Source: Candidatus Amesbacteria bacterium | GTDB taxonomy: Bacteria; Patescibacteriota; Microgenomatia; CAZETR01; Amesbacteraceae | NCBI GenBank assembly: GCA_027371535.1 | Contig: DAHXMV010000001.1 | Location: 253,259 to 317,258 of the forward strand | DNA length: 64,000 nt | Direction: 5' to 3' | Shown here: one piece after another, positions 63,036 through 64,000 of the stretch | How positions within the stretch are numbered: the stretch's first letter is position 1 | Layout of the letters: the number at the start of each line of letters is the position of its first letter | Notes under the pieces: model-generated | Databases searched by the model: none | What the model was told of the DNA's origin: nothing | Seen by the model: only the letters and a program-made list of their open reading frames with translations | Translations under genes and position numbers: made by a program

Positions 63036-64000
63036 ATGGCAAGTCCGGGGGCTAAGCTAAACATCGATCCTGAAGCGCTTAAAAACCTGAAACTGGTGGC
63101 TGTGGCATATTCATTTGTCCAGCGGGAGCTCTTCCCGACCCAGCAGGCATATGTAGCGGAAGCCGAAGTGGAGGAGCGGGCCCGCCAGGTGTTGGACGAA
63201 GTTAAAAAATTGGGCCTGGTGGCCAAAGGCTATCCGGCCGACCAGTATTTTCTGACCAATATCATTATCGACCGGCCGGATGTAATCATTAATCTGGTAG
63301 ACACTGTCCGGGGCCGGGATAAACTGTCATCCGCGGTTCCTGCTTTTCTGGAATATGCCAATATCCAGTACACCGGCTGCGGCATTACCGGCCTGGTTGT
63401 CGGGGGAAACCGGCACCTGTTTAAACAATTGCTGGAAATAAATCACATTCCCACCCCGGAATATAAATTTATCAAAGACCTCCGTTCAAATACCCCGCCC
63501 GATTTTGATCCCCCGTATATTGTCAAACTGAACGAAAGCGGCGGCAGTGTGGGGATTGATAACCATGCGGTCAAGGAAACCAAAGAGGGCATACTGCACA
63601 AGGTGGAAGAAATAATCGGCAAATATAAAATTCCGGTATTAATTGAGAAATTCATCGACGGCGAGGAAATAACCGCCGTGGTTTTTGATGACGGGACAAA
63701 AAGACATGTCTTTCTGGCAAAGAAAAAGTTCGGTATCAAACCCGACGGCCGTCATGAATTTACCAGCCAGGAAAGTTATGAGGAAGTAAATGCCTACAAG
63801 TATGAACCTGTTGATGAGGAAACCGAATCCAAAGTGGCTGAATTCTGCGTGAAAGCCTTTGAATCACTGAGATTCATTGACTATGCCAAATTTGACATCA
63901 GACTGTCCGCGGACGAACATATCCCCTATATCATAGATTGCAACCCCAATACAGCCTTCGGACCGGATTTGGGCCTGCCGATGACTGACGTGATGCGCCT
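63036..64000 (+). CDS. D-Ala-D-Ala ligase-like ATP-grasp protein (partial, runs off window end)
   Basis: Not in the ORF track. Manual translation: LEYANIQYTG, PYIVKLNESGGSVGI, LIEKFIDGEEIT, YAKFDIR, IIDCNPN. Confidence 0.8.
   Translation, partial: MASPGAKLNIDPEALKNLKLVAVAYSFVQRELFPTQQAYVAEAEVEERARQVLDEVKKLGLVAKGYPADQYFLTNIIIDRPDVIINLVDTVRGRDKLSSAVPAFLEYANIQYTGCGITGLVVGGNRHLFKQLLEINHIPTPEYKFIKDLRSNTPPDFDPPYIVKLNESGGSVGIDNHAVKETKEGILHKVEEIIGKYKIPVLIEKFIDGEEITAVVFDDGTKRHVFLAKKKFGIKPDGRHEFTSQESYEEVNAYKYEPVDEETESKVAEFCVKAFESLRFIDYAKFDIRLSADEHIPYIIDCNPNTAFGPDLGLPMTDVMR

Overview
A 64-kb, gene-dense bacterial chromosomal segment read with the standard genetic code. Gene content suggests a CPR/Patescibacteria (Microgenomates-like) host; this is an inference from the type IV pilus cluster, membrane-anchored Pro/Thr-linker surface proteins and many apparently leaderless genes. 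It holds: an alpha-glucan cluster (anchored GH31-like protein missed by the ORF track, GH13, GH57, GT4, ROK); lon; a type IV pilus cluster; a complete F1Fo ATP synthase operon preceded by a zeta-carbonic-anhydrase-like gene; pbpC plus alpha-2-macroglobulin; a long RelA/SpoT homologue; an AT-rich five-gene amino-acid-modification island; a rhodanese operon; and a partial D-Ala-D-Ala-ligase-like gene. Most notable: (1) a cupin gene is cleanly split at a CAG by two tandem, self-promoted single-gene cassettes that each end in an identical 31-bp sequence, with no recombinase in the window; (2) the alpha-2-macroglobulin has a 130-aa Hint domain in its predicted bait region and keeps its CxEQ thioester motif; (3) a Phe-rich leader-peptide attenuator sits in front of an unknown 53-aa ORF; (4) the RelA/SpoT homologue has a degenerate synthetase domain. 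No rRNA, tRNA, CRISPR array, transposase or integrase was recognised. All calls come from reading motifs by eye; no database searches were run.
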